Source: Candidatus Micrarchaeota archaeon (GTDB lineage: Archaea; Micrarchaeota; Micrarchaeia; Anstonellales; Bilamarchaeaceae). Taken from it: DNA of 64,000 nt. Below are positions 37,543 to 46,376 of the stretch, in pieces (position 1 is the first letter of the stretch; each line of letters opens with the position of its first letter). Position numbers and translations under genes: made by a program. The stretch is from positions 172,976 to 236,975 of the forward strand of contig JBBSVO010000006.1 in NCBI GenBank assembly GCA_038046805.1, given 5' to 3'. A model generated the notes under the pieces. That model was given only the letters and a program-made list of their open reading frames with translations, had not been told where the DNA came from and made no database searches.

Positions 37543-40293
37543 ATGAAAGTGAACCTGAAGAAAATCGGGGCCATAGTCGCAGGCGCGACAATATTGGCCA
37601 GTTCCGTAGCCTTTGCAGGGCTATGGTTTGGAAACACCCAATTGGTAAACGATAACGGCGCACCAGCTGTTAAAGTTGTAGTGGGTGAAGGAGCGGCTGC
37701 CTCAGACGGTGTTGCTGCAGCAAACATTGCGGCAAAAATCGCGAGCTCGGCTTTCAAGAGCCAGGAGCTAAAGGCAGAGCTGAAGGGTGAGCCAACCTGT
37801 TCCGCAGGAAGCGGAGAGGGAAAGTGTGCTATTAGCAATGAAAAAGTAACTCTGGAAATTACAGTTCCGGGTACGATTGCTGAAGGTACATATCAATTGC
37901 AGACCCTTATCGGCGACAACGTAGACAGACTGTTGGTTGACAGAGGTGCAAACAGCCTCAGTACCAGTGGTTATGCGTTTGGATCTGATGCAACGGACAC
38001 ATCAAACCCGTTCACAGACAGTTCGACTTATTTGTCTGGTGGTCCATCCGATACGTCAATCTTTAAGGTTGATGGTGGAATGTTCACACCGTTTGCAAAA
38101 TACACTGTAGAGGACCCATATGCGGGAAAGACCTATACAGAAGAGCAGACAATGTGGGTTAAGGGTAAAACAAGATACTCTGAGTCAAAGGATGCAATCG
38201 TTGCAGATCTTGACACTCTTGCATATGTATTGAAATTCAAGGGTGCAACAGATGATCTGGGTATCCAGAAGTGTACAACGCCAACAAATACGACATTGTA
38301 CGCCTCATGTACCTCAACAAGCAACTCAGACTACCTGACAAGCACACACAAGACACAAGTTAGTTTCTTGGGTGAACCATGGGTAATCAGCGAAATGGAT
38401 CCGCCAACAACGGCCCTGACAACAGAAACAGGCCTTGTATCTGGTGGTTACGTTAAGCTGGCAAAGGAATCAGTAACAGGCGTTCTTAACCAGGGAGATT
38501 CATTCGACTTGGGTGACGTGAAGATTGTACTGGATGACCTGGAAGCCCACGGTGAAACAGTCGCAGCTATAGTATCTATAGTTGACAAAGCCACTGAAAA
38601 AGTCTTGAAAAAAGACAAGGCATCAGTAGGAACAACAAAGGAGATAAGTGCAGGTGGAAAAATCTATAGAGTTCACCTCTACAAAGTTGCTCCAGGTTAT
38701 ACCTACGGTGCAAAGTGGGCCGACATGGCAGTTTACTCGAAAGAGTTAAAACTCCAGAGCGGTTCCAGGCTTGACCCGGACTACGACAACAACAAAGAAT
38801 GGAGAGTTGTCCTTGGTTGGAAAAACAAGGGTGGCGCATCAACAGACGATGATCCAGACTCATTGAGAATGGTAGGCGTTTGGACAAGCGATGCATACAA
38901 CCTGATAAACAACAACCTCGTAAAAGGAGACTATGCTCCGTTGGTTCAGGACCCAGTCAAGTGGAAATTGAGCTTTGCCGGACTCACTACGGTTGAGTAC
39001 GACTCACTCAAATTCACCATGACAAGGGACAGCGCAAAGAACAACATGCAGTACATTCGTGTAACTGGTACGGCTGATGCACAGATCTGCAACTTATCTG
39101 CCCCGTATGTATATGTATCATCCTCTAAAGATGGTGCAGTATTTACGATTAGCGGTGCTGCAGGTGGATCAGGTTCTGGTGCGTCCAACAAGTTCTATGT
39201 AGCTGTTGGAGGAATTGACTGCAACACAACTGACACGGCAAACATGCCATCTGGTTCGGTTCTTATGCCTGAATCATCCACAAGCGATGATTACTGGGTA
39301 TTGAGAAACTACTCTGGTCCAACCGGTACGCTGAACGTCACTTACTCATTGGCTGGAGATTCCCAGACCTATGCGTCAGGTGGTGTGATTTCAGTCCAAA
39401 ACTGGAGTGCTGCGAACACAACTGCAAACGGCTCGATGAGCGAGTTGAGGATGAACTTTTCCGGAAGCCAGTTAACTAACTGGGTATTCGGTGTATCCGA
39501 AAAGGCGGGTACAGGGGAATCCTATACCTACTCAGACCACTTTATCTTTGGTCTTGATGTAGCGACCCAGGCATCTTCGTCAACATTTAATTATGACGAA
39601 ACAACCTACCCGGTCGGCGACACATCTGGTACGGCGCAGTATTTGTTCAAGAAGGACTATGTAAGGTATGTCTTTGCTGGCCCAACTGATACGGGCAACA
39701 CAACCAAAGAAGAGGGATTCATTTCAGAAAGAGGATCCCAATTCGTGGCTGTAGACGATGAGTCTGTGCAATTCAAGATTGCAAAAGACCTGGCATATGC
39801 CAAATTCGTCTTGGCTGCTGCAGAAGGTTCATCTAGCACCGAGGCAACCACAAAGATTCTTGGAGAGGGTGATGAGACATCAGTTAGCGGTGTCAAAATA
39901 AAAGTAAAAGACATCAGCGAAACTGTTGGCGCATGCAGTGTTGGAACTGGTGCGGCTCCGGCATGCACGGTTGACACAGCGGGTCAATCTGCAGTTATAA
40001 TGCCTGAGGACAAAGCATCAGTGATGGCAGCATTGCCATACTCTGGCTCTCTCGCAGGATTGGTAGTTCTTGACAAGGATGCATCAGACACGGACGTACT
40101 CGTTACGGTCGGTGGTCCTGCAGTCAACACTGTCACTGCGGCTGCACTCGAAGGTTCTGCGGTTGACTTTACTGCAACACCAGTTGTAGTAAAGGAAGTA
40201 GTTGCTGGCAAGAAGATTGTCGTAGCAGGTTTGACTGCTGATGACACACTTTCTGCTGCGGCTGACTTCGTATCCCAGCTTAAGAGCCAGTAA
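37543..40293 (+). CDS. S-layer / cell-surface glycoprotein (secreted, Thr/Ser/Gly-rich, many N-glycosylation sequons)
   Basis: Signal peptide MKVNLKKIGAIVAGATILASSVAFA. 916 aa and low-complexity T/S-rich with multiple N-x-S/T. Followed by a long pyrimidine-rich terminator. Confidence 0.6.
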   Translation: MKVNLKKIGAIVAGATILASSVAFAGLWFGNTQLVNDNGAPAVKVVVGEGAAASDGVAAANIAAKIASSAFKSQELKAELKGEPTCSAGSGEGKCAISNEKVTLEITVPGTIAEGTYQLQTLIGDNVDRLLVDRGANSLSTSGYAFGSDATDTSNPFTDSSTYLSGGPSDTSIFKVDGGMFTPFAKYTVEDPYAGKTYTEEQTMWVKGKTRYSESKDAIVADLDTLAYVLKFKGATDDLGIQKCTTPTNTTLYASCTSTSNSDYLTSTHKTQVSFLGEPWVISEMDPPTTALTTETGLVSGGYVKLAKESVTGVLNQGDSFDLGDVKIVLDDLEAHGETVAAIVSIVDKATEKVLKKDKASVGTTKEISAGGKIYRVHLYKVAPGYTYGAKWADMAVYSKELKLQSGSRLDPDYDNNKEWRVVLGWKNKGGASTDDDPDSLRMVGVWTSDAYNLINNNLVKGDYAPLVQDPVKWKLSFAGLTTVEYDSLKFTMTRDSAKNNMQYIRVTGTADAQICNLSAPYVYVSSSKDGAVFTISGAAGGSGSGASNKFYVAVGGIDCNTTDTANMPSGSVLMPESSTSDDYWVLRNYSGPTGTLNVTYSLAGDSQTYASGGVISVQNWSAANTTANGSMSELRMNFSGSQLTNWVFGVSEKAGTGESYTYSDHFIFGLDVATQASSSTFNYDETTYPVGDTSGTAQYLFKKDYVRYVFAGPTDTGNTTKEEGFISERGSQFVAVDDESVQFKIAKDLAYAKFVLAAAEGSSSTEATTKILGEGDETSVSGVKIKVKDISETVGACSVGTGAAPACTVDTAGQSAVIMPEDKASVMAALPYSGSLAGLVVLDKDASDTDVLVTVGGPAVNTVTAAALEGSAVDFTATPVVVKEVVAGKKIVVAGLTADDTLSAAADFVSQLKSQ

Positions 40294-40299
40294 AGTGCT

Positions 40300-40385
40300 G
40301 AACTAAGGAACGGATAAAACCGTTCCTCTTTCTTTCTTTTTCTATTTTTTATTTTTCTTTTCTAATTTTTATTTAATTTTCAAGG
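40300..40385 (+). terminator. T-rich archaeal terminator region after S-layer gene
   Basis: ttctttttctattttttatttttcttttctaatttttatttaatttt. Confidence 0.35.
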
Positions 40386-40546
40386 GTGACGCGTAAGTAA
40401 GCCGGGGAATACAGAACCATCTAAGTGAGATATCGTTTTTGGATATCGAAACCAGAAACTGCGTTGAATCAAGGCTCATTGCCCACAGCTCAAGGCTCAC
40501 GGCAATCCAACCACTTATATAAACCTCACGTGCCTAGTTCTTCCTT

Positions 40547-41338
40547 ATGTTGTGTTCCCGTTGTGGTCAGGAAGGACATACGGAATATGGTCCTGATGGC
40601 CAGTCTTATTGCTCTTCATGCTCATTTTATGGGATGAACAAGCCTTGTTGGAAGTGTAGGATGTATCTTCCCAGTTCAGAGCTTCAACAGTGGAGGGGTC
40701 AGTGGACTTGTCCGTATTGTAGGATGGACCTACAGGATGAAGAGCAACGCATTGAAAAAAAACACGAGAGACACGAAACCCCAACGACTGTGCATGGGCA
40801 TGAAGGTGGCGAATACGTTCCTGCAAAACCAATGGGATTTGGTACTGGTGGAATGGCCGAAGCGCATGCCGAGGGCGAACGTCGCCTTGATTTTGGTGCA
40901 GAACAGGAAACCTGCGACAGGTGCAGGCGAAAGCTTACTATGGTGTATATCATCAATGGAAAAAAGTTCTGCGAGGTCTGCATGGAAGCCGAGAAAAAAA
41001 ATTGGGAAAGGGCGGATGCAAGGCCAATGATCGTTCGATTCAGAGCAAAAGGCAATGAAGGCCTGCTTGTAAGCCTTCTTCGCAAAATGGGCGTTGCCCT
41101 TGGGGATTACATAAGAAAAAAACGGGAAGAAAAGGTGGAAAAGGAAAAAACTCTGCTATGGAAAAAAGAACTTCACGAGAACAAAGGGAAACTGGAAAAA
41201 CCAACTGTGGAAAAACCGGAAAAACAAGGAGACCCTGAAATCTCCCCAACACAAAAGAAAAAGCACCCGAAGCCAGAGTTTGAAAAACATACGAATGACT
41301 CCGAGACGGAACTCGCGGAAAAAAAGAAAAAAGATTAA
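40547..41338 (+). CDS. zinc-ribbon protein with Lys/Glu-rich C-terminal tail
   Basis: Multiple CxxC pairs (CSRC…CSSC; CWKC…CPYC; CDRC…CEVC). KEKE-like tail. Confidence 0.4.
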   Translation: MLCSRCGQEGHTEYGPDGQSYCSSCSFYGMNKPCWKCRMYLPSSELQQWRGQWTCPYCRMDLQDEEQRIEKKHERHETPTTVHGHEGGEYVPAKPMGFGTGGMAEAHAEGERRLDFGAEQETCDRCRRKLTMVYIINGKKFCEVCMEAEKKNWERADARPMIVRFRAKGNEGLLVSLLRKMGVALGDYIRKKREEKVEKEKTLLWKKELHENKGKLEKPTVEKPEKQGDPEISPTQKKKHPKPEFEKHTNDSETELAEKKKKD

Positions 41339-41434
41339 ACGCTAGACGCAAGACTCAGGACTCAAGACCCAAGACTCCAGACACATACCCCGAGACCCCC
41401 TCTATTTTTATTTTTTGCCGCATTTATCCCGCGT

Positions 41435-42772
41435 ATGTGTGCCCGGTTTGTCCAGAAAATGAGCTATAAGTACGAATTTTCAGAGGGCGAACTGAAGCCA
41501 CTTGTTGATATTCAGACAATGCTTGAGGATGACGATCCGTTGCAGCAGTTCTCTAAATTCATGGAAAAAGTAGAACCGCCAGCCAAAGAAGCGAAGAAAG
41601 ACATTTCGGTTGCTATCGCAGAAGTACAGGATGATGTTGCATCACACTCTGATTCGTCATTAACAAGCATGCAGGGAGCGACCGAAAGAGAGGACGTTCA
41701 ATCCTCCCACTACGTCATCACGTTCTTCAATCCAGAAACAGGAAAGGCAGAGGTTCTCGGTGTTTCCTCGGAAATCCGGGTTAAGGATTATGCAAAGAAA
41801 GTGATAGAAGAATCTCTAGGCCAGCAATCAACATTGCCATTATATACGTTTATAGCAACTCCCATCATTCGCAAGGAAGTCAATCCATATCTTCTTGAAG
41901 ACCTCATTAACAATATGGAATATGGTACCCCGCCCCCATTTGGCGGTTCGGTAAAAATTTCAACCGAAAAATCTGCCGCAATATTGCGTGAAAAAGCAGC
42001 TTCGGTAAAACAGAGCGAAATCGTGGCGGTATCCAGGCTGGAACAAAGACAAAAAAATAAACGCGCAGATGAAATTCAAGAGCCCGTCATTGTGGCGACA
42101 TCCGAAGTCAAGAAAGAAAAACCCTCCAATTTGAGTGCGGAACACTATAACAAAGCGCTTCGCGCGGATCAACACGACAAAGCGCTTCGCGCGAAACACA
42201 ACGAACCAGAACAATTCGGGACAAAGCAGTTAATCGAACCTGTTCCGATAGATATCGAGCATGTTCCAATAAACGCAGGTCGTTCTATCAAATCATCTGC
42301 TCATAGTTCTGAAATAGTTTCAGCTACTCAAAATACAAAACTAGTCAAAGCATCCGAGCAATTACCGCATTCTGTTTCCGTTTCTCAGAAAAAGGAAAAA
42401 ACATATGTGCCTGCCATTAAGTCCGAAGTCGTGCTTGAACCTTCTGTTAAACATGCAATAGAAGAAAGCATTGTCAGGAAAGAACGTGCAGAGACGGATA
42501 TTGGTCAAGAAATTGTTTCAATCGAGCGGGTTGTGGTGTCAATTCGCGATAGGCATATCCCGCTGGAAAAGGCAATCCTTGCCCTCCCCCCAATAACCAG
42601 GGCACGCTTCAGTGCAGTTGTAAAAAAGAAGCACCTTCCTGCATCAATGATTCTCTCTCTTTTGGAAAAGGACATCTCTTTCCTAAAATCAGTCAAAAAG
42701 AAGCTTGCAACGCTTTCGTTTGATGACCTGCTTTCCGTGGTTCGCGCAGTTAAATCTCTTTCTGCGAAATAG
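41435..42772 (+). CDS. hypothetical protein with short internal tandem repeat (KALRADQHDKALRAKH)
   Basis: ORF plus a nucleotide repeat caaagcgcttcgcgcg occurring twice. Confidence 0.35.
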   Translation: MCARFVQKMSYKYEFSEGELKPLVDIQTMLEDDDPLQQFSKFMEKVEPPAKEAKKDISVAIAEVQDDVASHSDSSLTSMQGATEREDVQSSHYVITFFNPETGKAEVLGVSSEIRVKDYAKKVIEESLGQQSTLPLYTFIATPIIRKEVNPYLLEDLINNMEYGTPPPFGGSVKISTEKSAAILREKAASVKQSEIVAVSRLEQRQKNKRADEIQEPVIVATSEVKKEKPSNLSAEHYNKALRADQHDKALRAKHNEPEQFGTKQLIEPVPIDIEHVPINAGRSIKSSAHSSEIVSATQNTKLVKASEQLPHSVSVSQKKEKTYVPAIKSEVVLEPSVKHAIEESIVRKERAETDIGQEIVSIERVVVSIRDRHIPLEKAILALPPITRARFSAVVKKKHLPASMILSLLEKDISFLKSVKKKLATLSFDDLLSVVRAVKSLSAK

Positions 42773-42825
42773 CCATGAGCCTTGGGCCATGAGCCTCGGA
42801 TGTATTTTGAATAAAAATAAAAAAA

Positions 42826-43056
42826 AGCCTCAAGAGAGATTTGAACTCCCGACCTCCTCCTTTCTACACCCAATCTCCCCGTAAGAGGGGGTTTGGGCGG
42901 CATGAAAGGCACTAAGGGGGACGCTTCCCCCTTTGGGCCTTCTACAAGAGAGGCGCTCTACATCCAGAAGTCTTGCGTTTCGTATTCCGTGTTTTGAGCC
43001 GGATAAGACTCAGGACAATAGGACAAAACCCAAAACTTTCACTGAGCTATTGAGGC
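42826..43056 (-). tRNA. tRNA-Thr(UGU) with two introns (D-loop ~80 nt; canonical 37/38 ~85 nt), 231 nt total
   Basis: Acceptor GCCTCAA/TTGAGGC, TA-GCTC…GAGC D-stem, anticodon arm CCTCT-CTTGTA[intron]A-GGAGG, variable AGGTC, T-arm GGGAG-TTCAAAT-CTCTC. Confidence 0.5.
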
Positions 43057-43141
43057 TATGTATGATTTTTTGTGCCACGTATGTATTTAAAGGATTTCCA
43101 TATATAGTTTTTTCACTAACTTGTTGTTTAGGTGAATCTTT

Positions 43142-43294
43142 ATGGGTAAATTTCCAGAAGCTGATGCTGAAATATCAAAAATAATGATCTGTAGAAAATG
43201 TAAGTCAAGGAATCCAAAAGGGCTTAAAAAATGCAGAAAATGCGGCTCCCAATACCTTAGACCAAAGAAGAAGGAAATAAGGGCAAAGAAGTAA
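43142..43294 (+). CDS. rpl40e: 50S ribosomal protein L40e
   Basis: 50-aa MGKFPEADAEISKIMICRKCKSRNPKGLKKCRKCGSQYLRPKKK with the zinc-ribbon L40e signature. Below the ORF-track length cutoff. Confidence 0.75.
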   Translation: MGKFPEADAEISKIMICRKCKSRNPKGLKKCRKCGSQYLRPKKKEIRAKK

Positions 43295-43323
43295 CGGTCA
43301 TGTGCCGTTAATCTGGTGAAAAT

Positions 43324-43608
43324 ATGAACATTGGAGATCTTAAGGCAGGTTCAAAGGAAGTTTCGATAGACGCAGAAGTTGTTAGCATAGATTCTGTACG
43401 GGAAATCAACAAATACGGAAGAACCCTTCGTGTTGCGAATGCAAAAATCGAAGACAAGAGCGGTTCAATAACGTTGGTTTTGTGGAATGACGACATAGAC
43501 AAGGTCAAGGAAGGTTCGAAGATAAAAATCGAAAATGGCTATGTTAACGAATGGCAGAACAACCTGCAGCTAACAAGGGGAAAATTCGGAACGCTTACTG
43601 TTTCATAA
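43324..43608 (+). CDS. OB-fold nucleic-acid-binding protein (short RPA/SSB-like)
   Basis: 94 aa. GSITLVLWNDD…IKIENGYVNEWQN is a typical single OB fold. Confidence 0.5.
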   Translation: MNIGDLKAGSKEVSIDAEVVSIDSVREINKYGRTLRVANAKIEDKSGSITLVLWNDDIDKVKEGSKIKIENGYVNEWQNNLQLTRGKFGTLTVS

Positions 43609-43621
43609 TCCCTCGAGTTCA

Positions 43622-44002
43622 TTAGCCTATCTTTATTTTTCCGCCATAGTTTTCTATTTTTATTTTTTTGTTTCCGCTTCCCTCAATCCTGCACGTAGTG
43701 TTTTTATGAATCGTTTTCGTTTCACTACCAGGATTAGAAACCATAAATCCGCTTTCGGTTCCGCTTACTGAATTTTCTCCGGAGATTTCAATTCCACGCG
43801 AGTTTCCACTCCCAAGTGCGCAAACCGCTTCTATTTCTATGAATAACTTTTCCGCGTTTGACTCCAGCTCTATCTGTTTTTTCTGTTCTTCCGCGTAATT
43901 CCTAATCCCGCTTAATGCAGCTATGGAAAAGGTTAGTGCTGCCAACATAATAAGCGCCAAAAATAGATACTCAATCGAAACTTGGCCACGGGACATAATC
44001 AT
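43622..44002 (-). CDS. archaeal type IV pilin-like protein (class III signal peptide)
   Basis: N-terminus MIMSRGQVSIEYLFLALIMLAALTF carries the prepilin-peptidase motif. Confidence 0.55.
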   Translation of the reverse strand: MIMSRGQVSIEYLFLALIMLAALTFSIAALSGIRNYAEEQKKQIELESNAEKLFIEIEAVCALGSGNSRGIEISGENSVSGTESGFMVSNPGSETKTIHKNTTCRIEGSGNKKIKIENYGGKIKIG

Positions 44003-44061
44003 ACCTTGTCTCTAGCTTTTGGGTAGTGGCTAGGGGTTAGTACCTGAAAGCCAGTAGCCAA

Positions 44062-44325
44062 TCATGTGCATGATTTTTCCTGGGTATTGCAGTTATTGGA
44101 CTGGCAATCTATGTCATCCACGCAAAAATCTCCACTTTTTCCTTTTACTGCCTGTTCTGTCTTTTCTAAAATAGATGCACTCTGAACCCCTATTTTTTCG
44201 CTGGTTTTTTGCGCAGTGCCTATTAGCTGGGTTGCCACAATTGCTACTATTGCCAGTATGACTGCAATCAGAATCAGCATTTCTGCGGATAATTGCCCCT
44301 TTACAACATTTGTGGTGTTATCCAT
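44062..44325 (-). CDS. archaeal pilin-like protein (class III signal peptide)
   Basis: KGQLSAEMLILIAVILAIVAI N-terminal hydrophobic segment. Confidence 0.5.
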   Translation of the reverse strand: MDNTTNVVKGQLSAEMLILIAVILAIVAIVATQLIGTAQKTSEKIGVQSASILEKTEQAVKGKSGDFCVDDIDCQSNNCNTQEKSCT

Positions 44326-44817
44326 CTACACAACCCTTAAGATTAGTCTTTTCTTCACGTAATTGAGTACCTTTTCGTAATTGATATAATGCGAATATGC
44401 GGTTAATTCCATAGGGTAATTCCCATCTCTTGTCTGGTTGCTTCCCCAGATAGGGATAACCAATTCTACGGAAACCCCTGCCTTTATTTCTCCAAGTCTT
44501 TTTTCCATATGCTTGTTTATGCAGGTTGGTTCAAATCCAATCATTTCCTTTTTTGGAAGTAGGATATCTACAGATACCAGTTGCAGTTCATTCGTAGTAT
44601 TCGTCAATTTGACGATCATCCTCACCATGTTATCCTTTCTTGCAGACAATCTTACTGGAACAAAAGAAGTAACTACGTTGAATGGGGCATTGGATTGTTG
44701 TACCTCTGTCCGAACTTCTTTGCGTTCACTAGAACTTCCCATCAATGAATCTAAAAATCCCATTTTGTCACCTTTTACATCTATTATAATTCGTTGCCTT
44801 TTCTGACGTATATGCAA
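44326..44817 (-). CDS. hypothetical protein co-oriented with pilin genes
   Basis: ORF only. Confidence 0.3.
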   Translation of the reverse strand: MHIRQKRQRIIIDVKGDKMGFLDSLMGSSSERKEVRTEVQQSNAPFNVVTSFVPVRLSARKDNMVRMIVKLTNTTNELQLVSVDILLPKKEMIGFEPTCINKHMEKRLGEIKAGVSVELVIPIWGSNQTRDGNYPMELTAYSHYINYEKVLNYVKKRLILRVV

Positions 44818-44959
44818 ATGGACAGAAACCTTTAAATATAGTTAGTAATAAAGGAAATTTGCTAATAAGAAAGACATTCATTTCACGCTCTTTCTTTGTA
44901 TGGGAGGATAACTGGTCGCCTTGCCAGCGCATAATTGCGCTGGCCTCTTTCTATTTGAA

Positions 44960-45204
44960 GCTTTTTGGATAAGGAGTTATAAGGGCAAAAACCTTCAGGA
45001 AAAACCATGGAGGTTTACGGAATCCTCCCATGCAGGGATTTTAAAAAACAATTGAGCCTTTTTGGCTTAGGGGTTATCAGGGCAAAAACACGTCCGGTTG
45101 AACGGCGATCCGTTCAATGGACCATTGAAACCACCTTGTTTCAATAGGTCGCGAAAAACCATGGAGAAGCCAATAGTTTCGGCGCAATACTCCCATGCAA
45201 AGGA
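44960..45204. repeat. two imperfect direct repeat units (~80 nt and ~150 nt; the second carries a ~63-nt insertion with the palindrome TTGAACGG-CGAT-CCGTTCAA at 45098..45117)
   Basis: gctttttggataaggagttataagggcaaaaac…aaaaaccatggag…ctcccatgcaggga versus gcctttttggcttaggggttatcagggcaaaaac…[insert]…aaaaaccatggag…ctcccatgcaaagga. Confidence 0.45.
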
Positions 45205-45365
45205 TGTTAAACTTCTTCTTGCAGTCCACATGTTTTTAACAATAGCGGAACAAATTTTCAATTATGTCCGAAGCACCATTAGTTGAAATAGACGCGTCAA
45301 AGGGAGAAGGCGGTTTGTTTGAACGACGAATCGTCCAAAGCCCGCCTTCCCAAAAAGGCAATTGC

Positions 45366-46376
45366 ATGGTTGAAATAGACGCGTCAAAGGGAGAAGGCGG
45401 CGGTCAGATTATCCGAACTGCCCTTTCACTCTCAGCAATTACCAAAATTCCGGTTCGTATTTTCAATATTCGTGCTAAAAGACCTAATCCTGGCCTTCAG
45501 GCACAGCATCTTATGGCTTGCAAATCCGTTCGCAATATTTGTCGCGGAACTCTTGAACATGCGGAATTAAATAGCAGCGAACTTGTTTTTCATCCAGGGG
45601 AAATCGTCGGGGGCAATTATGAATTTGATATAGGGACTGCGGGTTCTGTTGTTCTTGTTGCCCAGACTTTGATTCCTATTCTTCTATTTGCAAACAAGAA
45701 AAGCACCGTTCGGATAAAGGGCGGTACTCATGTCATGAAATCTCCAAGTTATGATTATTTCGCAGAGGTCTTTGTTCCTGCTCTTCGGAAATTTGGAATC
45801 GCTATTAAAACCCGTGTCTTGAAAATCGGTTTTTATCCTGTTGGCGGAGGAGAAATAGAATTTGAAATAGAACCGAACCTTCCGCATGGTGTGGTGAATT
45901 GGGCAACTCCTGATAATTCTGAAGGAAAAAGAGTATTGATCCGCACTTCCTCGTCTTTGCCCGAACTCATCTCTATTCGCGAAAAGAAAATTTTTGTCCA
46001 GAATAATCTCGAAAATGTGCGGGTATTCTCCGACCAAACTGCTTCACAAGGAAACGCCATCTTGTTCTGGGAAGGTTTCTGCGGAGCATATTCTCTTGGA
46101 GAAAGGGGAAAACGTGCAGAAGTGGTTGCTCAGGAAGCTCTTGATGAATTCAGAAAAGAAGAATCTGCGCAAGCCGACGTAGATAAGCATCTTGCAGACC
46201 AGCTTCTTCTCTACGCGGCCCTTGCTGACGCTTCTGGCGAAAAGGCGGAGACGCGGTTCAAAACATCTGAAATAACGGAACATCTGCGTACGAATGCAGA
46301 AATAATAAAAAAATTCAATAATAAAAAAATAGAAATAAATGAAGAGAAAAAAGAGGTTTTTGTTGGATCACTATAG
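45366..46376 (+). CDS. rtcA: RNA 3'-terminal phosphate cyclase
   Basis: MVEIDASKGEGGGQIIRTALSLS matches the RtcA N-terminus. ORF 45264 adds a repeat-derived 34-aa extension. Confidence 0.8.
   Translation: MVEIDASKGEGGGQIIRTALSLSAITKIPVRIFNIRAKRPNPGLQAQHLMACKSVRNICRGTLEHAELNSSELVFHPGEIVGGNYEFDIGTAGSVVLVAQTLIPILLFANKKSTVRIKGGTHVMKSPSYDYFAEVFVPALRKFGIAIKTRVLKIGFYPVGGGEIEFEIEPNLPHGVVNWATPDNSEGKRVLIRTSSSLPELISIREKKIFVQNNLENVRVFSDQTASQGNAILFWEGFCGAYSLGERGKRAEVVAQEALDEFRKEESAQADVDKHLADQLLLYAALADASGEKAETRFKTSEITEHLRTNAEIIKKFNNKKIEINEEKKEVFVGSL

Noticed and set aside
37398-37838. 146-aa minus-strand ORF across the S-layer leader and start
   Set aside because: It overlaps the strongly supported S-layer signal-peptide region and its product is Ala/Pro-rich nonsense.
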